Below are positions 1 through 8,712 of a DNA stretch of 48,167 bases, one piece after another. The notes beneath the pieces are model-generated. The model saw only the letters and a program-made list of their open reading frames with translations, was not told where the DNA came from and did not search any database. A program made the position numbers and the translations under genes. Source of the stretch: Nitrospinota bacterium (GTDB taxonomy: Bacteria; UBA8248); NCBI GenBank assembly GCA_028820795.1, contig JAPPHK010000240.1:1-48167 (forward strand). Reading direction: 5' to 3'. Each line of letters starts with the position of its first letter. The stretch's first letter is position 1.

Positions 1-165
1 GAATTTCCGTAAAATTCGATAAATACCGATAAATTCACGGGGTTTTTCGATAAATAAATGACAGTATATTTTCTGTGGATATGACGCCGCCGGGACCGGG
101 CGCAGGGAAATTCTGCCATGGCCCGTCCCTCCTTCGATGACGGCAGATGCGGGCAGTTGCGGGGG
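1..165. repeat. Left copy of a long-range inverted repeat (partner at 45646-45810) carrying three CGATAAA(T/A) iterons
   Basis: The reverse complement of 45751-45810 matches bases 1-60 with 7 mismatches by my count. Similarity resumes at about 100-165 (gcgcagg..aattctgcca.ggcccg ... acggcagatgcggg.agttgcggggg). ORFs here are Arg/Pro/Gly-rich and look spurious. Confidence 0.8.
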
Positions 166-403
166 CGAAAGTCCCCCTCCCGCAGAAACGCTGCGAGGAT
201 ACCGGGCCCCGGGCGGCGCGCCCGCGGCGGCAAATGGGTGGATTCGCGCGGCGCGACACCTTCGGCGCGAACGGCAAACAATTGCAACCTTTTGATAAGA
301 TAAGACTTATAGCGCAGCACTCGAAACATGGCGGGGAAGATACCCACAAGCCTCGTTTTGTGTTTTGATGGGGCGTCGCATAACCGACATCGTGGAGGTA
401 TAT

Positions 404-793
404 ATGGAAAAGAAGGTCATCCATACGGACAAGGCCGCATCGGGCAAGGTGCCGCTCTCACAAGCCATTCAGGCGGGAGAGTGGCTTCACTGCTCGGGGC
501 AGTTGCCTCTCGACCCCGCGACGGGCGAACTGGTTCCGGGCGGAGTCGCCGAACAGACGCGGCGGATCATCGAGAATCTGAAAGCCGTTTGCGAGGCGGG
601 CGGCACCTCACTCGAGAACGCTGTAAAAGTGACCATCTTCATGGAAGATCTGGCGGATCTGGGGGAAATGAACGCCGTCTTCGAAGAATACTTCGGGACG
701 GAAGACCCCCCGGCGCGAACGACTTTTCAGGCGGCGAAAATCATCGCGGGCGCAAAACTGGAAATCGAACTGCTCGCGTTCATCCCCCAGTAA
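404..793 (+). CDS. RidA/YjgF/UK114 family reactive-intermediate deaminase
   Basis: The translation MEKKVIHTDKA...GQLPLDPATGELV...TRRIIENLKAV...ARTTFQAAKI...IELLAF fits the family in length and pattern. GGAGG lies 5 nt upstream of ATG 404, so the longer ORF-track start at 365 is not needed. Confidence 0.8.
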   Translation: MEKKVIHTDKAASGKVPLSQAIQAGEWLHCSGQLPLDPATGELVPGGVAEQTRRIIENLKAVCEAGGTSLENAVKVTIFMEDLADLGEMNAVFEEYFGTEDPPARTTFQAAKIIAGAKLEIELLAFIPQ

Positions 794-808
794 AAATAGG
801 AGAACCTT

Positions 809-1438
809 TTGGCCACAAGAGCACCCATGGTCGGGATATTGATGGGAAGCGCATCGGATAAGCCGGTGATGGAAGAAGCCGCGAAGGCGCTCGAAACCTT
901 CAACATACCCTCCGAGATGAGAATCTTATCGGCTCACCGTACACCCGACGCCGTTCATGAATACGTGAAAACGGCGCCCGAGCGCGGGATCCGCGTGCTG
1001 ATAGCAGGCGCCGGCATGTCGGCGCACCTGGCGGGCGTCGTCGGAGCCGCTACGGATCTGCCCGTGATAGGCGTTCCCATCGACAGCTCTTCGCTCGGCG
1101 GCCTCGATTCTCTTCTCTCGACGGTGCAAATGCCTCCCGGCATTCCCGTTGCCACGATGGGGATTGGCGCAGCGGGAGCAAGAAACGCGGCCCTTCATGC
1201 CTCCCGGATACTCGCCTTGACCGATCAGAAACTCGCGAAGGAATACCGGCGCTTCGCACAGCAACAAACCGAGAAAGTTCTGGCCGCCGACGCCGAACTG
1301 CAGAAAGAAATCTCTCCTCAACTCACCCAAGCAAAAAAAGACGGTGCGAAACAACCACAAAATAACGCCAGAAAGAGTTCCGAGCAAAAACCGAGGCCCA
1401 AGCGGAGTCGCACCAAAAGAACATACCGGAAAAAATAG
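809..1438 (+). CDS. purE: N5-carboxyaminoimidazole ribonucleotide mutase (PurE) with a basic C-terminal tail
   Basis: Motifs GILMGSASD, LSAHRTP and GAGMSAHLAG are present. AGGAG lies 6 nt upstream of TTG 809; ATG 827 is an alternative start. The last ~45 residues are K/R/Q-rich and lie beyond the usual PurE core. Confidence 0.85.
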   Translation: MATRAPMVGILMGSASDKPVMEEAAKALETFNIPSEMRILSAHRTPDAVHEYVKTAPERGIRVLIAGAGMSAHLAGVVGAATDLPVIGVPIDSSSLGGLDSLLSTVQMPPGIPVATMGIGAAGARNAALHASRILALTDQKLAKEYRRFAQQQTEKVLAADAELQKEISPQLTQAKKDGAKQPQNNARKSSEQKPRPKRSRTKRTYRKK

Positions 1439-1441
1439 ACG

Positions 1442-2092
1442 GTGAGCAGAATCCTCCCGGTGAATCCTGATTCACCAGAAGATGAAGTAATTCAACGAGC
1501 TAGCGATGAACTGAGTTCAGGAAACATCGTCGCTTTGCCCACGGATACGATTTATGGGCTGTGTGCTCACGCCCTCGATAAAAGGGCCATCGAGAAACTC
1601 TACGAAACAAAGGGAAGAAAAGACCAGAAAGGCGCGCCCGTTCTCATCGGCTGCCGTTCCCAATTACAACGACTCGCCGAGAACATCTCTCCGCATGCAG
1701 CAAGCCTGATGGATTCCTTATGGCCCTCGGGCCTGACTTTGGTTTTACCGGCATCTCCCAAGTTGTCTCCCCTGCTAACCGAAGGTGGCGCGTCTATCGC
1801 CGTTCGCATGCCTGCTCAAGCGCTTTGCCGTGTTCTGGCCATGCGGGCAGGCCCGTTCGTGGCGACAAGCGCAAACCACTCCGGTGAACCCCCACTCCAA
1901 AGCGCTCAAGCGATAATATCTCGGTTCCAAAACAAGGTGGCGCTGACCATAGACGGCGGAAAAATAGGAAATACCCGGCCTTCCACCGTCGTGGATGCGA
2001 GAGGGGATAAGCCAAAACTCTTGCGCAAGGGTGTGGTTGATTTCGTTTCGGTGGTTCACGCATGGGACAAAGCGCGAGAACCGGCATCCTGA
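1442..2092 (+). CDS. tsaC: L-threonylcarbamoyladenylate synthase (YrdC/TsaC domain protein)
   Basis: YrdC-domain motifs ALPTDTIYGL, SANHSGEPP and PSTVVD are present in a 216-aa protein. The GTG start lies 3 nt after the purE stop. Confidence 0.75.
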   Translation: MSRILPVNPDSPEDEVIQRASDELSSGNIVALPTDTIYGLCAHALDKRAIEKLYETKGRKDQKGAPVLIGCRSQLQRLAENISPHAASLMDSLWPSGLTLVLPASPKLSPLLTEGGASIAVRMPAQALCRVLAMRAGPFVATSANHSGEPPLQSAQAIISRFQNKVALTIDGGKIGNTRPSTVVDARGDKPKLLRKGVVDFVSVVHAWDKAREPAS

Positions 2093-2094
2093 TC

Positions 2095-2394
2095 TTATTC
2101 GGGTTCAGGCATCCCTAAGACGATTCGGCCATCTCCTTCAACAATGCATTGACACGCCAGTCGATATTCATCCGGATTCCATCCATAGGCATCCAGCGTA
2201 TCTTTTTCGTCTTCCTGTTGGGAAGAGAGGAACTCGGCTCCGGAAATCACGATCACTTTACAAGTTGAACAAGCGCAATTTCCGCCACAATCGCAGGTAT
2301 GATCAATTCCATAGTCCAAATCCGCATCAAGAATGGAAACTCCGATCTGCGCTTCATATTCGACATCGAGATTTTCATATCGAATAACACTCAA
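2095..2394 (-). CDS. 2Fe-2S ferredoxin
   Basis: The cysteine pattern C-x-CGGNCACSTC ... LACQC is typical of 2Fe-2S ferredoxins. AGGAGG lies 7 nt upstream of TTG 2394; the ORF-track GTG at 2442 is the alternative start. Confidence 0.75.
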   Translation of the reverse strand: MSVIRYENLDVEYEAQIGVSILDADLDYGIDHTCDCGGNCACSTCKVIVISGAEFLSSQQEDEKDTLDAYGWNPDEYRLACQCIVEGDGRIVLGMPEPE

Positions 2395-2611
2395 CGACCA
2401 GCCTCCTGAAGAAATGGCACAAAATTTATCGAAACCGCACACTCACAAACCACTTTTCATGACCATGGGAATTCCAGGAACTCCCAATCGCAAAGCGGCA
2501 AATTTATTACCCTTTTTCACCCCATTAAACAAGTGCCTTCAACACTTCTTGTGCTGTATTTTCGACGATACCCGGCGCGAGCAATCGAATTTCCAAGGAA
2601 AAGAAAAGTAA

Positions 2612-3343
2612 CTAAACCGTGCCTTTCGGGGGAAGAACCACCATCGATTCCGTCCAGGCCCTATGGGACTGAGAGAGTAGAAACTCTATGGCTTCCGCCA
2701 CCAGATCAGGAGGGATCATCGCCTCAAAGTCGAACTCCCCCGGAATGGATTTCCACATATCCGTTGCGCAGGCTCCGGGCCGGAGGATGGTTAAACGAAT
2801 GCCTTTGGGTCTCAATTCTTCGACCAATGCCCTGGACAGTCCCTCAAGACCGGCTTTCGCGGCGCAATAAGCCGACGCTCCCGGAAATCCCGAAACGGCA
2901 CTTATCGAAGATATGTTTAAGACATCGCCTTTCGCCGATTCCAGTAAAGGACATAACGCCCGCGTCAGCATGAAAGGGGCGATGAGACATACTGAAACCG
3001 TAGCGTTAAATTCATCCACCGAGAGGCTTTCGATATCCTTGAATACACCCGAGCCCGCATTGTTTATCAACGCATCTACGCCTTCGAGCCTTTTTTCAGC
3101 CACTTCTTTAAGCGCTTCCACTTCGTCGGCTTTCGTCACGTCGCAACTGTGCGGGAAAATCTGCCCCACATACCCTTCCGAGTCAAAAGCCAATCTCGCC
3201 AGGGCATCGGCATCCCTCGAAACGGCAAGAATCTTCGCGCCCGCTTTTGCGAGACGGAGCGCGCTCTCACGGCCTATTCCCCGCGAAGCCCCGGTAAGAA
3301 CGATTCTCCTTTTCTCCAGGTGTCTCGGCTCACCGAACGCCAT
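2612..3343 (-). CDS. Short-chain dehydrogenase/reductase (SDR), possibly a sepiapterin-reductase-like partner of the upstream PTPS gene
   Basis: Motifs TGASRGIG, NNAG and YCAAKAG are present. ATG 3343 is preferred (GGAG 9 nt upstream); the longest ORF reaches 3388. Any of the candidate starts overlaps the end of the upstream gene. Confidence 0.8.
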   Translation of the reverse strand: MAFGEPRHLEKRRIVLTGASRGIGRESALRLAKAGAKILAVSRDADALARLAFDSEGYVGQIFPHSCDVTKADEVEALKEVAEKRLEGVDALINNAGSGVFKDIESLSVDEFNATVSVCLIAPFMLTRALCPLLESAKGDVLNISSISAVSGFPGASAYCAAKAGLEGLSRALVEELRPKGIRLTILRPGACATDMWKSIPGEFDFEAMIPPDLVAEAIEFLLSQSHRAWTESMVVLPPKGTV

Positions 3344-3758
3344 CGGGGTTTTCTCCATAATAATCCACGAAATTTCGCTCGTTTTCATACAAGCGGACGC
3401 GAAAAAGAATTTCTGAGTCTATATACTCCGCCAAACATTCCCAAATCGAAATCGCTATGTTCTCCGCAGTGGGGATCCTGTTTTTCAAGAAACCCGCAGC
3501 GTCTTCGTTCAAATTCTTGTGATCGAGCGCTTCTACGATTTCCCGCCTCATGAGCTTTTTCAAATCGGCCAGATTATAAGCCATCCCCGTATCAGGGTTT
3601 ACGAGACATCGCAGGGTTACCTCAAAAACATAATTGTGCCCATGATAGTGCGGATTGGCGCATTTTCCGTACAAGGCCTCATTCTGCTCCTCGCTCCAAT
3701 CAGGTCGAAACAACCGGTGCGCGGCGGAGAATTCTTCTTGCCTTGTTATCTCAATCAT
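3330..3758 (-). CDS. queD: 6-carboxytetrahydropterin synthase / 6-pyruvoyl-tetrahydropterin synthase family protein
   Basis: FSAAHRL, CANPHYHGHNY (C-x3-HGH) and LDHKNLN are signatures of the PTPS/QueD fold, in a 142-aa protein. I cannot decide between QueD and PTPS function from sequence alone. Confidence 0.8.
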   Translation of the reverse strand: MIEITRQEEFSAAHRLFRPDWSEEQNEALYGKCANPHYHGHNYVFEVTLRCLVNPDTGMAYNLADLKKLMRREIVEALDHKNLNEDAAGFLKNRIPTAENIAISIWECLAEYIDSEILFRVRLYENERNFVDYYGENPDGVR

Positions 3759-3776
3759 TTGCCTTCCATCCTACGC

Positions 3777-4979
3777 TTAAAGCGGGTCAATTACAGGGAC
3801 ATTCGTTTCTATCATATCCGCATATTTTAAGCCTGTGGCCGTATTGAATGTCACGATGCGCTCATCTCGTCCAATGTCACCTCTCTCAAGCAAAATATCC
3901 AAAGCCGCAATACAGGCCCCGCCTTCCGGGCAAATGAGAATCCCCTCTGAGGCACCTACTTTTCTTTGCGACTCGAACATCATTTCATCGGAGACCGCAA
4001 TCGCCGTTCCCCCACTTTCCCGAATGGCCCGAAGGCATAAAAAATCCGCCAGAACCTTAGGCGCACGCAAACCGGAAACCATCGTCGTCGGGTTATCCCA
4101 AAGGCACGAAACTTCATCGTTGTTCTCATATGCCCGCACGAGCGGGGCACAGCCCTCGGCCTGAACGCAAATCATCCGTGGCCTTTTTTCATCTATCCAG
4201 CCCAACTCCTGGAGTTCACCAAAGGCGCGCCACATCGCCACCAACCCCGTCCCGCCACCTGTGGGATATAGAATTACGTCGGGGACATCGCCACCGAGTT
4301 GTTCGACGAGTTCATAGGCCATCGTTTTCTTGCCTTCAGCTCGATAGGGCTCTTTGAACGTGGACAATTCAAACCAACCTTCTATCGGCGTTCTTTGCGC
4401 CACGATTTCCGCGCAATGATGGATATAACCACGAACAACTGTCACTTCTGCTCCCGCCAGAGCACATTCCACTTTATGCACGCTCGGTGCTTTTTGCGGC
4501 ACGTAGACGGAAGCCTCGATTCCCGCTCGCGAAGCGTAAGCTGCAGCCGCGCCACCTGCGTTTCCAGCCGTTGGGATGGCGATTTTTTTCACGCCCAGAT
4601 GCCTCGCCATCGTAACCGCTACGGATAATCCCCTGGACTTAAAACTCCCCGTTGGATTCAAGCCCTCATCTTTCACGAACAGATTGGAAAACCCCAAAAT
4701 TTTTTCAAGACGAGGCGCCCTCAACAAAGGCGTCATGCCTTCGCCGAGCGTAACGATGGCGCTTTCATCGGGTGCCGGGAGCATTTCATGATAGCGCCAT
4801 ATGGAATGCGCACGGCCCGCCATATTCTTGATATCTAAAGTCTGGGCGGCGGCTCCGGTGTCATACCGCGCCAGCAACGGAGCACCAAACGGGCTTAAAT
4901 TCATCAAACTGCCGGGTTCGAATTGTTCTCCGGATTTTGAACACTCAAGCCCCATGAATGCAGAATAAGAATTCATCAT
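3777..4979 (-). CDS. thrC: Threonine synthase (PLP-dependent, tryptophan-synthase-beta superfamily)
   Basis: The PLP-lysine context NPTGSFKSRG and the glycine loops TAGNAGGAAA and YPTGGGTG are present in a 400-aa protein. A related cysteate-synthase-type activity cannot be excluded. Confidence 0.75.
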   Translation of the reverse strand: MMNSYSAFMGLECSKSGEQFEPGSLMNLSPFGAPLLARYDTGAAAQTLDIKNMAGRAHSIWRYHEMLPAPDESAIVTLGEGMTPLLRAPRLEKILGFSNLFVKDEGLNPTGSFKSRGLSVAVTMARHLGVKKIAIPTAGNAGGAAAAYASRAGIEASVYVPQKAPSVHKVECALAGAEVTVVRGYIHHCAEIVAQRTPIEGWFELSTFKEPYRAEGKKTMAYELVEQLGGDVPDVILYPTGGGTGLVAMWRAFGELQELGWIDEKRPRMICVQAEGCAPLVRAYENNDEVSCLWDNPTTMVSGLRAPKVLADFLCLRAIRESGGTAIAVSDEMMFESQRKVGASEGILICPEGGACIAALDILLERGDIGRDERIVTFNTATGLKYADMIETNVPVIDPL

Positions 4980-5097
4980 GGAGTCTCATTCATGAAATTT
5001 TCATTCTCGATATTGTTGCTTCAAAAGCACTTTGATACCTTTCCATTGATTCCTATAACGATAGCGTCATCATCGCTGCCCCCGCAAGGAGAATCAA

Positions 5098-5976
5098 ATG
5101 GCACGCAAAATAAAAGCATTGCCGGGTCCGGCAAAAACCCATGGATTCGTAGAAATTGCAGAGGGTGTGCATATTTTCATTGGAGGAGACGGCGGCACGA
5201 ATTTCGGCCTTGTTCTTACGGACGAAAAACCGGTTATCGTTGATAACGATATCCGAATACGAAAGGCTTTTGTATCCGGGATGAAAGAAATCACCCGAAA
5301 ATCACCCGGGCTGGTGCTCAATACCCACCATAATTTCGACCACACCTCCGACAACGGTTATTACCACAAACGAGGGGCCGTTTCCGTCGGTGAGGAAAAC
5401 GTACGTTTGGAGATGGAACGAGAGGAAAACGAGGGCATCTGGGTGAAGCAAATGGCGGGCAGGCCGCAAAAAGTGGAGCACCTGATTGGCAAACTTCACA
5501 TCGCACCGCCCATAGTGACATTCGAAGGCGAAATTTCCATCCGCTACGGCGGGCGATTGTTCGAGATGGTTCACATTGGTCATTGCCATACAAAGGGAGA
5601 CACCGTTGTTTGGATGCCGGAGGAGAGAATTCTCTTCACGGGAGATCTGCTCGACTATCGAACCCACCCGGTGGCAAGACTGGGGAACTTCGGTAACTGG
5701 ATTGATGCGACCCCAAAACTAAAGAAATTTCCCGCCAAGTTCCTCATCCCCGGTCATGGGCCCATTCCCACGCAGCCCGCCTCAAAAGTATGGGATGAAT
5801 TCAAGGGCTATATGACGAAATTGCGCTCCCGCACCGCCGCAGCTCTAAAAAAACATGGGACCCCCGCTAAGGCGGTTCCGAGCGTTCACATGGATGAATA
5901 TCGCAATTGGTTTCGTTCTAATCTCGTTCCGCAAAACGCGACGTTAATGGCAAAGGAACTTAGAAAAAGAAGGTGA
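5098..5976 (+). CDS. MBL-fold metallo-hydrolase
   Basis: The H-x-H-x-DH-type motif LNTHHNFDHT and later GHCHTKGD and PGHGP are present. AAGGAG lies upstream of ATG 5098. Confidence 0.75.
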   Translation: MARKIKALPGPAKTHGFVEIAEGVHIFIGGDGGTNFGLVLTDEKPVIVDNDIRIRKAFVSGMKEITRKSPGLVLNTHHNFDHTSDNGYYHKRGAVSVGEENVRLEMEREENEGIWVKQMAGRPQKVEHLIGKLHIAPPIVTFEGEISIRYGGRLFEMVHIGHCHTKGDTVVWMPEERILFTGDLLDYRTHPVARLGNFGNWIDATPKLKKFPAKFLIPGHGPIPTQPASKVWDEFKGYMTKLRSRTAAALKKHGTPAKAVPSVHMDEYRNWFRSNLVPQNATLMAKELRKRR

Positions 5977-5981
5977 GAACC

Positions 5982-6623
5982 TCACACCCACTCCGTTGGT
6001 GGCGCTTCTCCCTCAAAATATCCGGAAGGAACATCCCCTCGCACACGACGGGCGGTCAGACGTTTTGTTATTAATGAAAACCGGCTTTCCACCTCGGCCG
6101 ATGAAGACCACGGCTCTTCATTCTGAAAACCGCCCATCCGAATTTCTCCCTCCACGATCAGAACGCCATCTTCTTCTCTGGGGGTGCTTCTCACTACTCC
6201 TGTTTTTTCATCCCAAAAATGCACGGCTCCATCGCTTGCTCCGAAAGCATAAACGGAACCACCTCGCTTCCAGTCCACCGTCGCAAACAGCCCACCTTTT
6301 TCTTCCCTTCTCATTTCCGCGTTGCTCGTACCCACGATGTATAAATCTCCCCAGATGAGAGGAGGCGCTATCACCCAGCCCGCCGTATTCGCCACTCGCC
6401 AGCGGAAATTGCCGCTTTCGCGATCCACGGCAAAAAAATGCCCCTTTTCCTGGTCGTTCAGTACGGCGAAAATTCCTTTTTCATCCGCGGCATACAGCGA
6501 AGTGTGCACACCAAGGCGTTCAAGAAGTTCGTCGGGTGGAATCGTCATGAAAACAATCTCTCCATCGGTGAGCATTGGTATATGTTGCTCAGAAGCTTTC
6601 AGCCGTAGAATACCCGAAGACAC
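5982..6623 (-). CDS. Hypothetical protein, possibly with PQQ-like beta-propeller repeats
   Basis: The 213-aa ORF has a GTG start with GAGGTGA upstream. Segments such as GNFRWRVANTAGWVIAPPLIWGDLYIVG and GSVYAFGASDGAVHFWD resemble propeller blades. I saw no firm family signature. Confidence 0.4.
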   Translation of the reverse strand: MSSGILRLKASEQHIPMLTDGEIVFMTIPPDELLERLGVHTSLYAADEKGIFAVLNDQEKGHFFAVDRESGNFRWRVANTAGWVIAPPLIWGDLYIVGTSNAEMRREEKGGLFATVDWKRGGSVYAFGASDGAVHFWDEKTGVVRSTPREEDGVLIVEGEIRMGGFQNEEPWSSSAEVESRFSLITKRLTARRVRGDVPSGYFEGEAPPTEWV

Positions 6624-6755
6624 CTATCACCTCTATCTCGCCAAGCGAGATGGAACAACGTACAGTTCAACCAGGTCGTGCGTCCGGAATATTTTTGATA
6701 AGATCGGTGAAGCAAGCACGGTTAAATACGGATGTTCTAGAAGAGGAGATTTCAC

Positions 6756-7328
6756 ATGGCCGTCATCACCATTTCGCGTCAATACGGGACAGGTGGAATT
6801 TTCATCGCGCGCAAACTCGCGAATAAACTGGGGTATGCGTTTCTGGGGCGCGACGAACTCGTCGAAATTTGCAAACAACGAGGTTTGACCCTGGATTTGG
6901 AGAAAATAGAAGGCCGTGCTCCGACAATCCTGGAACGTACCTTTGGCGTCGGACGAGACAGCTTGCGAAACGTTTTGTCTGAATGCATGAGTGAAGCGGC
7001 AGATAAAGGGAACGTGGTTGTCGGCGGGTGGGGTGGGCAAGTGCTCTTGAAGGATCGAACCGACGCTTTGCATCTTCGAATCGTCGGCAGCCTGGAGGCC
7101 CGCATCCGCCACTTCATGGAATCATCAGGCGTAACGAGAACGGCGGCGGAAGAAACCATCAAGAGATCAGACCGGGATCAGGGTTTGTTTTCCCAATATT
7201 TCTTCAATGTCGATTTTGCCGATTCAACTCTTTATCACGGCACATTTAACATGGAGCAAACATCATCCGAAAGCATGATTTCTTTCATCGAATCGATGAT
7301 TTCAGAAAAAGAAATTGCGGCTTCCTGA
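6756..7328 (+). CDS. Cytidylate-kinase-like family protein (P-loop-like, function unknown)
   Basis: The N-terminus AVITISRQYGTGG is characteristic of the cytidylate-kinase-like family. GAGGAG lies upstream of ATG 6756. Confidence 0.6.
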   Translation: MAVITISRQYGTGGIFIARKLANKLGYAFLGRDELVEICKQRGLTLDLEKIEGRAPTILERTFGVGRDSLRNVLSECMSEAADKGNVVVGGWGGQVLLKDRTDALHLRIVGSLEARIRHFMESSGVTRTAAEETIKRSDRDQGLFSQYFFNVDFADSTLYHGTFNMEQTSSESMISFIESMISEKEIAAS

Positions 7329-7343
7329 ATACTGCCAAGAAAA

Positions 7344-8579
7344 TCATCCTTTTCTTCTCGTTGCTTGCGCTGACGCCGCCGCCACTGCAACAAGCGATAA
7401 CATTTGAACACACAGCACGAGAATAAACGCCCAGTAATAGCTTTCCCATATGTCGAAAATATATCCCGCAATCCAAGGCCCGACGGCGGAGGCCAGTCCT
7501 CCTCCCGTTTGGCTAACACCCAGGATTCGGCCAAAACTCTTGCCAGCGAAAATATCGGCCTTTAGCGATACGAAAATCGCGCCACGAGCACCGGCGCCAA
7601 TGCCATAAACCAGAACATATGCATACCCTAGCCAAGCGAATCGTTCCGATAAATTCATCAATAGAATAACGCCCGACATGGCAACCAGGCTGAGCAGGTA
7701 AAAGGTTCGGGATCGCCCGATTCTATCTCCTACCCATCCACCCAAAATCCCTCCCAAGGCTCTGACAACTGCCAAGCCTCCTATAAGAGAAGCGGCTTTC
7801 AAGGTGCTCATTCCCACATCAACCATGTGGGCGGCTTGATGCACGCCGACCACGCTGAAACCAACGCCATTAAATATCCCTGCCAGAAACAGCAGCCAAA
7901 AAATCGAATCAGACAGTGCTTCTTTCAAGGTCCAGCTCGATTCGGGGTCATCACCTGTCATTTTTGGGGGTATATCGGCGCGGCTGCGGTGTAGAAGCAT
8001 ATTCAAGGGAACCAACAAGACGATGATGCCAATCGCCAGAAAAACATACGCCGTGCGCCACCCGAAAGTCGCAATCAGATAGGCGGAAAACGGAACCATG
8101 AGAATTCCGCCACAACTCCTTCCCGATAACGATATCCCCATCGCCACGGAACGGCGTTGCGCAAACCATTGACTGACAACGGTGCTCGTGGGAATGAAAC
8201 CAAACATGGTAATGCCTAGTGCTACAATGCCCCCGTAGAATAAATACAGGGTGGGCAAACTGGAAACCTTCGACATCAATGCAAGGCCGACAGCTAAAAT
8301 CGTGATCCCTGTGGGGATAATTACTCTCGGGCCCCAACGGTCCACCATTGCCCCGATAAACCCGGCGGAAATCGCAAACGTGGCCATCGAAAAAGAAAAC
8401 GCCAAGGCGGTGTCCGCTCGAGACCACCCGAATTCATCGAGAAACGCCACGTAAAAAACAGGAAACGTTCCGACGACGGAACCACCGACAGCCATGGTGA
8501 TAAATGTAAGACCCACTATTACCCAGCCATAATAGCGGCTTGAAGTCTCATTCGCGCTTTCTGAAAAATAGAACTTCAT
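7344..8579 (-). CDS. MFS transporter
   Basis: The 411-aa protein is hydrophobic with about 12 predicted helices by eye. The loop motif MVDRWGPR fits the MFS D-R-x-G-R-R-like signature. Confidence 0.75.
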   Translation of the reverse strand: MKFYFSESANETSSRYYGWVIVGLTFITMAVGGSVVGTFPVFYVAFLDEFGWSRADTALAFSFSMATFAISAGFIGAMVDRWGPRVIIPTGITILAVGLALMSKVSSLPTLYLFYGGIVALGITMFGFIPTSTVVSQWFAQRRSVAMGISLSGRSCGGILMVPFSAYLIATFGWRTAYVFLAIGIIVLLVPLNMLLHRSRADIPPKMTGDDPESSWTLKEALSDSIFWLLFLAGIFNGVGFSVVGVHQAAHMVDVGMSTLKAASLIGGLAVVRALGGILGGWVGDRIGRSRTFYLLSLVAMSGVILLMNLSERFAWLGYAYVLVYGIGAGARGAIFVSLKADIFAGKSFGRILGVSQTGGGLASAVGPWIAGYIFDIWESYYWAFILVLCVQMLSLVAVAAASAQATRRKG

Positions 8580-8595
8580 CTAACCGAATCCACGT

Positions 8596-8630
8596 GAAAA
8601 AAATACAGGCGCCCCATCAAAGAGGCGCCT
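8596..8630 (-). terminator. Rho-independent terminator downstream of dnaN
   Basis: On the minus strand this reads AGGCGCC-(10 nt loop)-GGCGCCT followed by GTATTTTTTC. Confidence 0.6.
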
Positions 8631-8712
8631 AAAAAACCATCATCCCCCAATAGTTCCACTCAGGGGAAAACTTGCTGCATCAATTGATCCTTCGGGCAAA
8701 CTGAATAGCTGT

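Noticed and set aside
35-861. Several overlapping ORFs (129, 73 and 177 aa) at the left edge.
   Set aside because: They lie in the GC-rich repeat region or are off-frame to the RidA gene. Their sequences are Arg/Gly/Pro-rich and not protein-like.
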